Part shown: piece after piece, positions 1 to 10,317 of the stretch
Layout: every line of letters begins with the position of its first letter
Position numbering within the stretch: the stretch's first letter is position 1
From: Candidatus Iainarchaeum sp.
Lineage (GTDB): Archaea > B1Sed10-29 > WALL01 > JAGHAM01
Length of the DNA stretch: 64,000 nucleotides
Assembly (NCBI GenBank): GCA_021161465.1
Contig: JAGHAM010000003.1
Location: 2,631-66,630, forward strand
Direction: 5' to 3'
Made by a program: the position numbers and the translations under genes
Notes under the pieces: model-generated
What the model saw: only the letters and a program-made list of their open reading frames with translations
Databases searched by the model: none
Told to the model about the DNA's origin: nothing

Positions 1-2
1 AC

Positions 3-104
3 TGTGTGTGCCCAAAATGCGGCTACCGCATGCCCCACCAGCGCGGTGCTCCATGCTATACGTTGACGTGCCCTAAGTGCGGGGCAAAGATGACGAGGGG
101 ATAA
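3..104 (+). CDS. 3' end of a Cys-rich zinc-ribbon protein (partial, not in ORF track)
   Basis: Manual translation CVCPKCGYRMPHQRGAPCYTLTCPKCGAKMTRG*, with two CPKCG motifs typical of small proteins in NifX/DUF134 clusters; stop lies 1 nt before the next ATG. Confidence 0.75.
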   Translation, partial: CVCPKCGYRMPHQRGAPCYTLTCPKCGAKMTRG

Positions 105-105
105 A

Positions 106-525
106 ATGATAGTTGCAGTTCCATCAACAAACGAAACACTGGAGTCTCAGGTCAGCCCTATTTTTGGCAGGAGCCCGTATTTCATCATAGCTGAGCTTGA
201 GAATAGCGAGATAAAGGAGTCAAGGGCGATTCAAAATAAAGCCATAACGCAGCCATCGGGTATTGGGATAGCCACTGCCCAGCTAATAGCTACTAACAAA
301 GCTGAAGCCGTGATTGCAAACTCCATAGGCCCAAAGGCATTCTCAATCCTGCAACAGTTTGAGGTAAAGCCTTATCAAGCTGTTCCCGGCTCTATTAAAG
401 ACAATCTGCTGAAGTTTGGTCAGGGGCAGTTGCAGGAAATGGCTATTGGCACTGGTGTCGGGCCGGGCTTTGGAGGCCGCGGTTTCAGAGGAAGAAGATG
501 GGGTCCACCGGGGATGGTTCCATAA
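106..525 (+). CDS. NifB/NifX family (FeMo-cofactor-binding-like) protein
   Basis: IVAVPS...VSPIFGRSPYF...GIATAQ...IGPKAF motifs; Gly/Arg-rich tail. Confidence 0.85.
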   Translation: MIVAVPSTNETLESQVSPIFGRSPYFIIAELENSEIKESRAIQNKAITQPSGIGIATAQLIATNKAEAVIANSIGPKAFSILQQFEVKPYQAVPGSIKDNLLKFGQGQLQEMAIGTGVGPGFGGRGFRGRRWGPPGMVP

Positions 526-1745
526 GAGATGGAGAAAAAGCAGCAGCAGTCGCATCTGCCATAGCGCTAGGCTTGGCTTTGCTCAAGGGAGTAATTGGTA
601 TCTTATCAGGAAGCCTTGCGTTGGTCTCAGATGCGCTGCACAGCCTGACAGACTTAGTTAGCTCCTTAGCATCCTGGTTCGCAATCAGGCTGGCGCACAA
701 AAAACCAGATAAGAGATTCCCATATGGTTACTACAAGGCGGAGAATCTGGCTACGCTAGTCATAGCAGCATTCATAATCTACGCTGCGGTTGAGCTTTTG
801 CTAAGGGGAGCAGAGGCACTGCACACGATTGTGATACTGAAGATACCCATATATGCCATGGGGACAGCTGCTCTATCAGTTTTGGTATCCTATCTGATTT
901 CTGCTTACCTGGCCAGGGCCGGGAAAAAGCAAAACTCACCTTCGCTTCTTGCTGCATCCAGTGAGAGAAGAGTCGATGCACTCTCATCAGCTGCAGTATT
1001 CCTTGCCATCCTGCTAACCTACTACAAAGTGCCATACGCTGACGCTGCTATATCCATACTGGTTTCACTCTTGGTGCTGAGAGTAGGCCTAATCATCCTG
1101 AAGGACGCTGTTTTTGCTTTAATGGACGTCAGCCCAAGCAGGGAATTAGAGGAAAGCGTGAGAAAGCTGATAGCAAAGGTTCGCGGAGTAGAAAAAGTTT
1201 CTGAGTTGAGGTTAAGGAAGTCGGGGGCAGTGGTTTTTGGTGAGGTTGTGATAAAGGTAGAGTCGTCAATTGATGTCTATCGCGCGCATGCCATAGCAGA
1301 CGAGATAGAGGGTAAGATTAAACGAGAGTTTAAGGAGATAGGGTTTTTTACTGTGCATGTTGAACCCTTTAAGAGAACCAAACAGCTTCTGGTTGTCCCT
1401 GTTGGGGAGGGCAGCCTGGACTCGAAGGTTACAAACAATTTCGCCAGAGCCAGTTATTTTGTTTTTGCTGAGGTCAAGAAGAACAAGCTTGTGAAAACCT
1501 GGGTTAAGGAAAACAAGTTCAAACAAAAGGAAGTTCGTGCCGGCTTGTCAGTCTCGCACTGGCTGCTTGAGAAGAGGGTAACAGCCATAGTGACCAAGCA
1601 AATCGGGGAGATATCCTTCCACACCCTAAGGGACCATCTTGTGGAAGTATACGAAGTTAATGGAGATACAGCACGCGAGGTTATCAATAATTTTATCTCA
1701 GGGAAGGTTAAGCCGCTTGAAAAACCAACCATGGAGAAGGAGTAA
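498..1745 (+). CDS. Cation diffusion facilitator fused to a C-terminal NifB/NifX domain
   Basis: SLALVSDALHSLTD, PDKRFPYGYYKAE and HVEP motifs, followed by NFARASYF...IGEISF (NifX-like). Confidence 0.88.
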   Translation: MGSTGDGSIRDGEKAAAVASAIALGLALLKGVIGILSGSLALVSDALHSLTDLVSSLASWFAIRLAHKKPDKRFPYGYYKAENLATLVIAAFIIYAAVELLLRGAEALHTIVILKIPIYAMGTAALSVLVSYLISAYLARAGKKQNSPSLLAASSERRVDALSSAAVFLAILLTYYKVPYADAAISILVSLLVLRVGLIILKDAVFALMDVSPSRELEESVRKLIAKVRGVEKVSELRLRKSGAVVFGEVVIKVESSIDVYRAHAIADEIEGKIKREFKEIGFFTVHVEPFKRTKQLLVVPVGEGSLDSKVTNNFARASYFVFAEVKKNKLVKTWVKENKFKQKEVRAGLSVSHWLLEKRVTAIVTKQIGEISFHTLRDHLVEVYEVNGDTAREVINNFISGKVKPLEKPTMEKE

Positions 1746-1746
1746 T

Positions 1747-2595
1747 ATGATAATAGCTGTTACTGGAGGCAAGGGCGGCACCGGTAAGTCAACGGTGGCT
1801 ACAGGATTGGCACATGTGCTTTCAAAGTCTCACAAGGTACTTCTTGTGGATGCCGACGTTGGTTGCCCTGATGACCATTTGCTGCTCTCGGCCAAGCTGA
1901 AGAGAGAGAAGGAGGTCACCACCTTTGTTCCTGAAATCCATAAGGACAAATGCATAAAGTGTGGCCAGTGTGCTAAAGCTTGCAGGGAAAGTGCAATAGT
2001 CTTCGTTGAGGGAAAATACCCCTTCCTGGTTCCAGACCAATGCATTGGCTGCAAGGCCTGTATGTACTCCTGTCCAGTTGGAGCAATAACTGAACGCAGG
2101 GAAGCAGTTGGTGGAATTTATACTGGAGGAAACCATGGGATAAAGCTGGTTACAGGTGAGCTGCTGAGCGGGAAGAAAGACTCTTCCATACTGGTGGCTG
2201 AGCTTCTGGAATATGTTCATTCCATCCAGAAGAACTATGATATTGTCATCATTGATACAGCAGCAGGAACCTCCTGTGAGGTGGTGCGCGCCCTCATGGA
2301 AAGCGATTTAGCCTTGGCAGTTACTGAACCAACACCATTTGGAGCCCATGATTTGAGAGTCATACTGGATTTAGTTGAGAAGTTGAAAGTCCCTGCACAA
2401 GTAGTCTTGAATAAGGCAGGTGTAGCGCCTGGTGATGGTATCAGGGAGATAGCGGATAAGCATAAAACCAAGGTGGTAGCGGAAGTGCCATACAGCAAGG
2501 GTTTCCAGGAGAGCTATTCAAGAGGAGAACCACTCAAAGGCAAAATGTTTGATGAGCTGGCTGAAAAACTGTTGAACTCTGGTGGTGCTAGGTGA
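1747..2595 (+). CDS. MinD/ParA-type ATPase with 2x[4Fe-4S] ferredoxin insert
   Basis: GGKGGTGKS Walker A, CIKCGQC and CIGCKAC..CP, TEPTPFG; start moved to MIIAV. Confidence 0.9.
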   Translation: MIIAVTGGKGGTGKSTVATGLAHVLSKSHKVLLVDADVGCPDDHLLLSAKLKREKEVTTFVPEIHKDKCIKCGQCAKACRESAIVFVEGKYPFLVPDQCIGCKACMYSCPVGAITERREAVGGIYTGGNHGIKLVTGELLSGKKDSSILVAELLEYVHSIQKNYDIVIIDTAAGTSCEVVRALMESDLALAVTEPTPFGAHDLRVILDLVEKLKVPAQVVLNKAGVAPGDGIREIADKHKTKVVAEVPYSKGFQESYSRGEPLKGKMFDELAEKLLNSGGAR

Positions 2596-2990
2596 AAGGA
2601 GTGTACGTGCTGGAAATGGAACTAACTGGCAGCGTTATCAAAGTCGGCGCGCTTGGTGAGATTGCATTTGGGACAGGCAGCTACGCTTACGTAGGCTCAG
2701 CTCAGAATGGTCTGAAACAGAGAATAGAGCGGCATATGAGGGACAGAAAGAAAATGCACTGGCATATCGACTACCTACTTACGAGTCCCAAAGTAAAGCT
2801 GGCGAGGATATGGGCTAAGGAAGCTGACAAAAAGGAGGAATGTGGCACAGCAAGACTATTGGCTAAACATTTCGATGGGATACCTCACTTTGGCTCCTCT
2901 GACTGCAGCTGTGATTCACATATGTTCAGGACAGATAGTAGTCTCAGGAAGCTACTGATATCTGCTGGCTTCAGGGAGTGGAAGACATGA
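2592..2990 (+). CDS. GIY-YIG (Uri) superfamily nuclease, DUF123 type
   Basis: GVY...YAYVGSA...RIERH...HWHIDYL...FGSSDCSCDSH. Confidence 0.85.
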   Translation: MKGVYVLEMELTGSVIKVGALGEIAFGTGSYAYVGSAQNGLKQRIERHMRDRKKMHWHIDYLLTSPKVKLARIWAKEADKKEECGTARLLAKHFDGIPHFGSSDCSCDSHMFRTDSSLRKLLISAGFREWKT

Positions 2991-3874
2991 AAAGTATCAC
3001 TGTGTTATCAGGGAAAGGCGGAACTGGCAAGACCACCATACTAGCAGCTTTAGTTAGCTTGCTTGCCAGAGAGCATAAATTGGTTGCAGTGGACTGTGAT
3101 GTGGAGACGTCAAACCTTGCATTGTTTTTTGGTCTCGAAGAAAAGGATTTCAAGAAAAAGGAGGTTAGTGCAACCAGCAAGGCTGTGCTAGTTGATGAGA
3201 GATGCACTCGTTGCAGGAAGTGCCTCGACTCATGCGCTTTTTCTGCAATCTCGTGGGACGGAAAGCCTGTGTTTGATAAGTTTCTATGCACGGGCTGCGG
3301 CGCTTGTGCCATAGTTTGCCCGGAGGATGCAATAAAGCTGGAGCCAACGACCAATGCATGGATTGGAAAAAGAATATCCCCACACAGCAACAACCTAGGC
3401 ATCGTGACGGGTCAGCTTTACCCCGGAGAAAGTGGCTCAGGCGAGATAGTCGCCTTGCTCAAGGAAGAAGCTGAGACTCTTGCCTCTAAAATAGGTGCTG
3501 AAATGACTTTTTTAGATGCTCCTGCTGGTGTTGGATGCCCAGTGATAGCGTCCGTCACTGGAGCTGACTACGTGATAGCAGTAACCGAGCCAACACCCCC
3601 TGCCTTCCGGGACCTGCAAAAGGCTCTTGCCGTGGTTGAGCACTTCCGCATACCCTATGGACTAGTGATAAACAAGGCAGATTTGAATGAAGCTTTCACC
3701 AAGAAGATAAGAGAGTTTGCAGATTCCCATGGAATTCAGGTAATTGGTGAACTTCCTTACGATAGAGCTTTCGTCGACGCTCTTGTTAACTTAAAACCTG
3801 TGGTTGACTACGATAAAAGGTTAGAACCGCAATTTAAAAGAATTCTGGATGCTATAAACATTATGGGGCGATAG
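2987..3874 (+). CDS. Second MinD/ParA-type ATPase with ferredoxin insert
   Basis: SGKGGTGKT, CTRCRKC, CTGCGAC..CP, GVGCPVIAS; ATGA overlap with upstream stop. Confidence 0.9.
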   Translation: MKSITVLSGKGGTGKTTILAALVSLLAREHKLVAVDCDVETSNLALFFGLEEKDFKKKEVSATSKAVLVDERCTRCRKCLDSCAFSAISWDGKPVFDKFLCTGCGACAIVCPEDAIKLEPTTNAWIGKRISPHSNNLGIVTGQLYPGESGSGEIVALLKEEAETLASKIGAEMTFLDAPAGVGCPVIASVTGADYVIAVTEPTPPAFRDLQKALAVVEHFRIPYGLVINKADLNEAFTKKIREFADSHGIQVIGELPYDRAFVDALVNLKPVVDYDKRLEPQFKRILDAINIMGR

Positions 3875-3875
3875 T

Positions 3876-4367
3876 ATGAATTTCATCGCGGACACAGCCA
3901 GGGTAATAGGTGACGTCAAGCTTGGTAAGAGTTCAAGCGTTTGGTTCAGTGCAGTAATAAGAGCTGACTCTGCGCCAGTGACCATAGGTGACTACTCAAA
4001 TGTTCAGGATAGCTGTGTCATACATGTTTCTCATGGGAAGGGTGTCAAAGTTGGCGATTATGTGACTATTGGCCATGGTGCAGTCTTGCACACATGTGAT
4101 GTGGGCAACAACGTACTTATTGGGATGAATGCCACGGTGCTCCACAACGCAAAAATCGGTGATAACTGCATAATCGCTGCCGGGTCTGTTGTCCCGCCAG
4201 GGATGGAGGTACCACCCGGTAGCATGGTTATGGGAGTGCCAGGAAAGGTTACCAGGACCATAACAGACAAGGAGAAGAAAACCATACACGAGAATGCAGA
4301 GCTGTATACACGAATTTCAAAAGATTATTTGGCAAAAAAATTTAAACACAGGGAACAGCAATTATAG
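3876..4367 (+). CDS. Gamma carbonic anhydrase family (hexapeptide repeat) protein
   Basis: VIGDV..G..SSVWFSAVIRAD, NVQD..VIH, TIGHGAVLH. Confidence 0.9.
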   Translation: MNFIADTARVIGDVKLGKSSSVWFSAVIRADSAPVTIGDYSNVQDSCVIHVSHGKGVKVGDYVTIGHGAVLHTCDVGNNVLIGMNATVLHNAKIGDNCIIAAGSVVPPGMEVPPGSMVMGVPGKVTRTITDKEKKTIHENAELYTRISKDYLAKKFKHREQQL

Positions 4368-4377
4368 TGGTGCTGTT

Positions 4378-5145
4378 TTGATACCTGGGGAAATTCCCAA
4401 AAGTCAGCGCGAGGTTGCTGTCAGCAGGGCGAAGACCATAGTAACCCTGAACCTGCTGCATGACCTAACCAGGAGAGAGTTTTCAAATAAATTAGTCGAT
4501 ATAGCTGCCCATTCGGGTGATATCTCAAAAGAATTTAAGTCGAGGCTAAGGAAGAGGTTGCCCAAAAAATCACAAGAAGTTTCTTTGAATGAGTTGAGAA
4601 GGTTTTTTTACGAGAATCCGCAGGAAGCTTCCCATGTCATCGATAATTTTGAGCAGGAGCTGTTAAAAACAAGGAAAGGCGCAGATGTCCGCATTCCATT
4701 TTACAAAGACTTGAAGCAGCTGAGGCGAGGCTTGCTTCATATGGATAGAATCCAGCTTAGGGGGAATAGGATGATTGAAAATCTGATAAAGATGGAGGAG
4801 GAGATGGCTGGAAGGCGTTTTACGGCCGCTGAGAGAAAGAAGAAAAAACAAAGCATCCTGCAGTTTGTAAAGGTATACGCAAGGGGAATAAACCCATCTG
4901 AGAAGGAAGCAGCAGAAAATGCCAAGTCACGGCTTTTGGGGAGAGTAGCTTCAAGCAGGTTTGGTAGTTTGCTTGATGCGCCTGCCTTTGAGAACCCTTC
5001 TAGTATCCTAAGTGAGTTGAATCATACGTGGTCTCCCCTGAATGGGGACACGGATAAGAGCATACGTAAACACCTGGAAGGAATTCTCTCATACACTTTT
5101 AAATCTCCTGCCACAAACAAAAAAGCCAGGGAAACAAGGTCCTGA
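4378..5145 (+). CDS. Hypothetical basic helical protein
   Basis: Long ORF filling the gap, K/R/E rich, no recognisable motif; TTG start chosen after the upstream stop, uncertain. Confidence 0.55.
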   Translation: MIPGEIPKSQREVAVSRAKTIVTLNLLHDLTRREFSNKLVDIAAHSGDISKEFKSRLRKRLPKKSQEVSLNELRRFFYENPQEASHVIDNFEQELLKTRKGADVRIPFYKDLKQLRRGLLHMDRIQLRGNRMIENLIKMEEEMAGRRFTAAERKKKKQSILQFVKVYARGINPSEKEAAENAKSRLLGRVASSRFGSLLDAPAFENPSSILSELNHTWSPLNGDTDKSIRKHLEGILSYTFKSPATNKKARETRS

Positions 5146-5829
5146 TTTTTCACCAGTGATGACATGCCTCTTTAGGTTTAGGTCTACCACTTCTATATCA
5201 ACAAGCCTTTTCTCCTTCATAGCCTCAACGACACCGTCCACCTTGGCCTCAACAGGGCAGTAAACACACATAAACCTGCCAGGCTTAAGCGCGCTCACGG
5301 TTTTCTTCACGGCTTCAACTTCCTCCAACAAGTCCAGGAAAACAGCATCGAAGGAGTTTTCTTCAAGAGCTGCCATGAATAAATTCTCGTGGTGCAGTTC
5401 AACGTTCGTGACAACGGCATCAGCTAACTTCCTCTTTGCAAGTTCATAGAATCGCTCGTCCTTCTCGAACGAGATTACTTTTCCAGGGTGAACCATTTGC
5501 GCGAACATAAGAGTCGCGCAGGCAGAGCCAGTTCCAGCTTCCAGCACAACCATGCCGTTTTGCAGTGACATGAGCGCGCCTGCTATCCCTGCGTCATACT
5601 CATACAGGGGTCTTGCGCCCCGCTCCCCTTTTTGTATGATGTCCCTAAGCAGCGGTTTTATGGCCAGGAAGTGCTCCCCTTTGCTTGTTGTTATTGGCAC
5701 TGCTTTGTTGCTTTCCTTGACTTTCCCTATTTCAGAGCCTAGGACCTCTCCCCACGACGTCTGGATATCCTCCCCTCTCCAGTCGCGCATGAGTGTTTTT
5801 CCAGATGAGTGGATAAGCAATATTTTCAT
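5089..5829 (-). CDS. trmI: tRNA (adenine-N1)-methyltransferase, TrmI/Trm61-like (divergent)
   Basis: VLEAGTGS SAM motif, GKVISFE, FDAVFLDL, ALKPG. Confidence 0.75.
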   Translation of the reverse strand: MKILLIHSSGKTLMRDWRGEDIQTSWGEVLGSEIGKVKESNKAVPITTSKGEHFLAIKPLLRDIIQKGERGARPLYEYDAGIAGALMSLQNGMVVLEAGTGSACATLMFAQMVHPGKVISFEKDERFYELAKRKLADAVVTNVELHHENLFMAALEENSFDAVFLDLLEEVEAVKKTVSALKPGRFMCVYCPVEAKVDGVVEAMKEKRLVDIEVVDLNLKRHVITGEKSGPCFPGFFVCGRRFKSV

Positions 5830-5890
5830 GTGCAAAACCTAATTGTTATAAATACTTGCTTCCATAAATAAAAAACACTCTTGTGATTTT

Positions 5891-6880
5891 ATGGAATTAC
5901 CAAATCCTTACGAGACGCCTTATTACAAGTATTACATACTGATAGCTCTGGTGATATTTGCGGCGATGGCGTTCCTGGCACTGCAAGGTACAAGACCCGG
6001 GATAGACTTGACTGGCGGAACCGCAATGACCGCCCCACTGAACAAGACAATAACACACGATGAGGTAGAGTCATTTATGCATGCGCAGGGTGTTGAGGAT
6101 GTTATAGTAAGGATAACAGAGGACCCCCTTACGGGGAAAAAAGGTATAATAGTCGAGTTTACAGGCAACAAGGATATAATAAAAGCTGAAAACTTGCTTA
6201 AAACAGACCCTGGCAAGGCAGAGAGTATAGTTTCGGAATTCCTTCCTAATACAACATCCAATCTGACTGCAGCAGAGAAGGTGCAGTTGGCTGCGGAGCA
6301 CTTCAAGGACAACTTGAGGCTTGAATTCGCTAAATTCATTGACGTCGATGCAAATGACATAAGTGTCACTTCTGTGGGCTCATCCATTGGGAAGATGTTT
6401 TGGGAAAGCTCTGAAAGGGCTTTGCTCCTGGCGTTTATCCTGGTAGCTGCCATTGTCTTCGTTCTTTTCAGGCAGCCTGTCCCTTCTATAGCAGTTATCC
6501 AGGCAATAATCTTTGACATGGTAACAGCTCTGGCGGGTATCTCCATACTGCAAATTCCGGTAACCCTCCCAACTATAGCTGCCCTACTGATGATTCTTGG
6601 TTATTCCATTGACTCAGACATAATGGTCACAGACAAGATAATGAAAAGGTCATATGGAAGCACGGCAGACAGGGCTTTTGAAGCCATGAAAACCGGTTTG
6701 ACCATGACTGGAACCACTTTAGTGGTTTTAGGTGTTCTTGTTTTCTTCTCTTATTTCAGCCAGATGACAGCACTCTTCCAGATTTCTGCTGTGTTGTTCT
6801 TTGGTCTGCTTGGTGACCTGCCCTCAACTTATCTGATTAACGTGGTGATTGTTAAATGGTGGACAGACAAGAAGCAATGA
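5891..6880 (+). CDS. secF: Protein translocase subunit SecF
   Basis: GIDLTGG, IAALLMILGYSIDSDI, multiple TM segments. Confidence 0.92.
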   Translation: MELPNPYETPYYKYYILIALVIFAAMAFLALQGTRPGIDLTGGTAMTAPLNKTITHDEVESFMHAQGVEDVIVRITEDPLTGKKGIIVEFTGNKDIIKAENLLKTDPGKAESIVSEFLPNTTSNLTAAEKVQLAAEHFKDNLRLEFAKFIDVDANDISVTSVGSSIGKMFWESSERALLLAFILVAAIVFVLFRQPVPSIAVIQAIIFDMVTALAGISILQIPVTLPTIAALLMILGYSIDSDIMVTDKIMKRSYGSTADRAFEAMKTGLTMTGTTLVVLGVLVFFSYFSQMTALFQISAVLFFGLLGDLPSTYLINVVIVKWWTDKKQ

Positions 6881-8472
6881 GGGTCCTTAAGGACTGGAGG
6901 GTGCAGCTTTGGATAGTGACATTCATAATCATCGGCCTTTTGCCTTTGCTGGTTGGGCCTTATTTCAATAGGGGCTTACAGTTCGGTATGGATTTCAAAG
7001 GAGGGACTTTAATCCAGCTCCAGCTTGAAAAGGATGTCGATTCTGGGACAATGTCAACAATCACAACGATACTGCAGGATAGATTAAACAAATATGGCTT
7101 GAAGGATATATCTGTCAAGCCTTATGGCACGCAGTTTATAACAGTTGCTGTTTCTGCGACAGACCCAGCGTCGGTTCAGCAGGTTAAAGGCGTCCTGTCC
7201 CAACAGGGGAGGTTCGAGGCCATAATAGATGGACAGGTAGTCCTGCACTCGAGTGATCTTGTTAAGATAATTACTGACCCCCAGAAGGGGTATGGCTACA
7301 TAAGCTCAACTGGCCAGTGGAGGGTGCCTTTTGTTTTGTCCAAGGAGGGTAGCGAGAGGTTCGCTAAGATTGCAGCAGGCAGGTGCACGAAAGTTGGAGG
7401 GGAAACAAAGTGTGATAAGATATACATGTACATTGACAGGCCGGAAAACGCTGTTGCGATAGCACCCGACTGGGTTTTAGATAATGAGTCTGTTATGTCC
7501 ATGAACCCCGCTAACCCTGCTGGGAAACCAATAAAACTTGAGGACCTTGAGAACAATTCTCTCACCAAGTTTGTTAAAGCCCGTGCGCTTACGCCAGATT
7601 TAGTAAGGGGTTTCGAGAATTACACAATGTTCATACTTCACCCAGAAGTTAATCTATCAGCAATCCTGAACAACACGGAGTTTAATGTCACAGGCAGTCT
7701 GGAGGAAGGCCAATTCTGGATAACGGATAAACTTACGAATAAGACCATAAAAGTTAGGGTAGTACCAAAACCAAATTCAGGCTACTGGTCTTGGGGAGCC
7801 GTTAACCTGGAAAGTATCCTTAACTTAACACCCGGAGTTACGTCTGGCAGGCCGATAAGAGAGGCTGTGATTGAAGGTTATGCCCCAGACTGGATGACAG
7901 CAAGCCAGGAGCTAAACAGGATGGTTGTTGTGCTAAAATCCGGGAAATTACCAGTCAGCATATCATTGGCAAGCACAAACACAGTCTCCCCCACCCTTGG
8001 TGAGTCATTCATTGGTGATATAGTAAAGATGGCTTTGATAGCATGGGTTATGGTCGCGCTTGTAACGTTCCTCAGGTACAGGGAACCAAAGATAACTCTT
8101 CTCATGATGGCGGCTAACGTGTCCGAAGTCTTGATAATACTGGGAATTGCCGCTTTGATAGGATGGCAAATAGATATTGCCTCTGTTGCTGGTGTTATAG
8201 CTGTTGTTGGAACTGGTGTTGACCAGTTCATCATAATCACAGATGAGATAGAGATGAAGGGCGTATTTGAGGAAACAATAGTTGAGAAGGTAAAGAAAGC
8301 CTTCAGGATTATAATGGGCTCTGCCATGACGACCTTGGCAGCTATGCTGCCGTTGCTCACACTTGGCCTTGGCTTGCTAAAAGGGTTTGCGATAACAACT
8401 ATTGTGGGGCTGTTTGTAGGCATTGTTATAGTCAGGCCCGCCTTCGCAAGGGTTATTGAGAAGATACTTTAG
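6877..8472 (+). CDS. secD: Protein translocase subunit SecD
   Basis: GMDFKGG, LKSGKLP, VSPTLG, GTGVDQFIIITDE, LKGFAITT. Confidence 0.92.
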   Translation: MRVLKDWRVQLWIVTFIIIGLLPLLVGPYFNRGLQFGMDFKGGTLIQLQLEKDVDSGTMSTITTILQDRLNKYGLKDISVKPYGTQFITVAVSATDPASVQQVKGVLSQQGRFEAIIDGQVVLHSSDLVKIITDPQKGYGYISSTGQWRVPFVLSKEGSERFAKIAAGRCTKVGGETKCDKIYMYIDRPENAVAIAPDWVLDNESVMSMNPANPAGKPIKLEDLENNSLTKFVKARALTPDLVRGFENYTMFILHPEVNLSAILNNTEFNVTGSLEEGQFWITDKLTNKTIKVRVVPKPNSGYWSWGAVNLESILNLTPGVTSGRPIREAVIEGYAPDWMTASQELNRMVVVLKSGKLPVSISLASTNTVSPTLGESFIGDIVKMALIAWVMVALVTFLRYREPKITLLMMAANVSEVLIILGIAALIGWQIDIASVAGVIAVVGTGVDQFIIITDEIEMKGVFEETIVEKVKKAFRIIMGSAMTTLAAMLPLLTLGLGLLKGFAITTIVGLFVGIVIVRPAFARVIEKIL

Positions 8473-8520
8473 TTGCCTTAACAAACTTTTAAATATTACC
8501 TCTCCCTTGTTTAGTTTAGT

Positions 8521-9435
8521 ATGGATAACATCAGTGGCGTAATAAATAAATCTTTTAGGATTTACAGAGAGAAATGGAAAGACCTCGTCCTTGGTTCTTT
8601 TGTTTACCTTGCTCTCTCTATGTTAACATTTTCAATCTTGGTTGGTTTACCTGCTCTAGTTTTAGTGGTTCTAGGTATAGTTGGAGGCATCTCATACTCC
8701 AATTTAGTCCTACCAACGGTCATCGGCTCGTTTGTTATGCTCCTCATATTGATGGCTTTGGCCGTGGCTGTTGTAGGTATCTTTATGGGAGGATTTCTCA
8801 TATTCTGCAATGATATCATTGACGGTAAGAAGCCAAAGTGGAGCGAGATGTTATCTCCACCAAGAAGAGCCTCATTTGCTGCGGCGCCCTTTGTTCAAAT
8901 TATCCCAATGGCCACATTGTTTTTATTATTTATTGGTGCAGTTGTCGCGTTCCTGTTTCTGTCTGGGTTCTCCATGGATGCTTTGGTTAGCAACCCAATG
9001 CAAGCCCTGTCTATAACCATGATTCTTATAATTGGCTTCGTTGTTTGCGTGATACTCTCTTTGGTCATATCTTTCTTCCTCATACTGACAACTTATGCTA
9101 TCGCACTTGAGGGGACAGGGGCTATTGATGGAGCAAAGAGGTCAATTTATCTGGTAAGGAATAATATCGTTGATTTTTTTGTTTTCATGCTCTTGATAGC
9201 AGCTATAATGTTTGGTCTTTCATTAGCTTTTTCTATAGTTACCATGCCAATTTCGCTGGTTGCTTCCTTCGTGCCAGGACTTTCTCTGGTGTCTAACCTA
9301 CTTGGTTTTATTTTTAACGTATTTGTCATGCCAATCCCTGTTGTTGCATGGATACTTTTCTACAAGCGATTGATTGGCAAAGAAAATGCGCGCGCGGAAC
9401 CCATACACTTACAACAGCCTTCTGCCCCGGTGTGA
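8521..9435 (+). CDS. Polytopic membrane protein of unknown function
   Basis: About 6 hydrophobic segments, GAIDGAKRSIYLV motif; upstream TTTTAAAT TATA-like box. Confidence 0.7.
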   Translation: MDNISGVINKSFRIYREKWKDLVLGSFVYLALSMLTFSILVGLPALVLVVLGIVGGISYSNLVLPTVIGSFVMLLILMALAVAVVGIFMGGFLIFCNDIIDGKKPKWSEMLSPPRRASFAAAPFVQIIPMATLFLLFIGAVVAFLFLSGFSMDALVSNPMQALSITMILIIGFVVCVILSLVISFFLILTTYAIALEGTGAIDGAKRSIYLVRNNIVDFFVFMLLIAAIMFGLSLAFSIVTMPISLVASFVPGLSLVSNLLGFIFNVFVMPIPVVAWILFYKRLIGKENARAEPIHLQQPSAPV

Positions 9436-9449
9436 GGAGGGAACTCCCC

Positions 9450-10184
9450 CTAAACAAGGAGCTTTACAGCAGCGGCCAGTGCCACTAGAATGAGCAGTTT
9501 TTCAACGAATTCATTTCCTTTTTTCACAGCAGTCTGAGTCCCAAGGAACGCGCCAATCGAGCAGCCAGCGCTCATTGCCAGCCAGTGAGGCCAGCTTATT
9601 ATACCATCCATTATGAAATATGCACTTCCAGTAATCACTGAAAATAATATCAGGAAAGACGCTGCTGCACTTGCTTCTATTGCTCCCATGCCAGAACCGG
9701 CTGCCAGTATCATAATTGTTAGTGTCTTTGCTGATGCCCCAAATATTGATTTGTATGCACCCACAGCTGTTAGTACTAGCGATTCCAGCGCACGGTTCTT
9801 ACCGATGAAAGAAAGGTTGATGTGCTCTCTCAGTAGCATCAGAATTACACCAAGAAACAGGAAAGTAGCAATAGCCAGGCGAAGGATGGTGTCGTCTAGG
9901 GAAACAATGACATATGCCCCTATGAGCGCGCCCACTATGAATGGAACAAGCAAGTAGAGAACTGGCCCGATTTTAAGCTTTCCGTGTTTGTTGTAGCTCA
10001 AAACTGCTACCAGCCCTGGGGCTATTTGCACAACAAGGTTTGTGGCGATTGCAGTCAATGGGCTCAAACCCGTGAACAGGAGTGCGGGTATGGATATCAG
10101 ACTTAACCCGCCAACCATAGAGCCATAGAATGAGCCAACGAGGCCAACGAGGAACAACAGGACATACTGGAGATAGATGAACAT
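9450..10184 (-). CDS. TauE/SafE (TSUP) family exporter
   Basis: GLVGSFYGSMVGG..LISIPALL.TGLSPLTAIATN, about 8 TM segments. Confidence 0.85.
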   Translation of the reverse strand: MFIYLQYVLLFLVGLVGSFYGSMVGGLSLISIPALLFTGLSPLTAIATNLVVQIAPGLVAVLSYNKHGKLKIGPVLYLLVPFIVGALIGAYVIVSLDDTILRLAIATFLFLGVILMLLREHINLSFIGKNRALESLVLTAVGAYKSIFGASAKTLTIMILAAGSGMGAIEASAAASFLILFSVITGSAYFIMDGIISWPHWLAMSAGCSIGAFLGTQTAVKKGNEFVEKLLILVALAAAVKLLV

Positions 10185-10317
10185 GCATTAACTATCTGTT
10201 ATTCGCTATATAACTATTACTAAGCTCTTATCGGATGAGCTTCATCTACTTGCCAAGCTGTTATCTGATATATAGCAGCTAGAAGTTATCATTAATGGCT
10301 GCAATCTCAACAGTTGC

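Noticed and set aside
2592-2990. GIY-YIG gene as a homing endonuclease or mobile element
   Set aside because: DUF123-type cellular family; no intron/intein context, terminal repeats or target duplication
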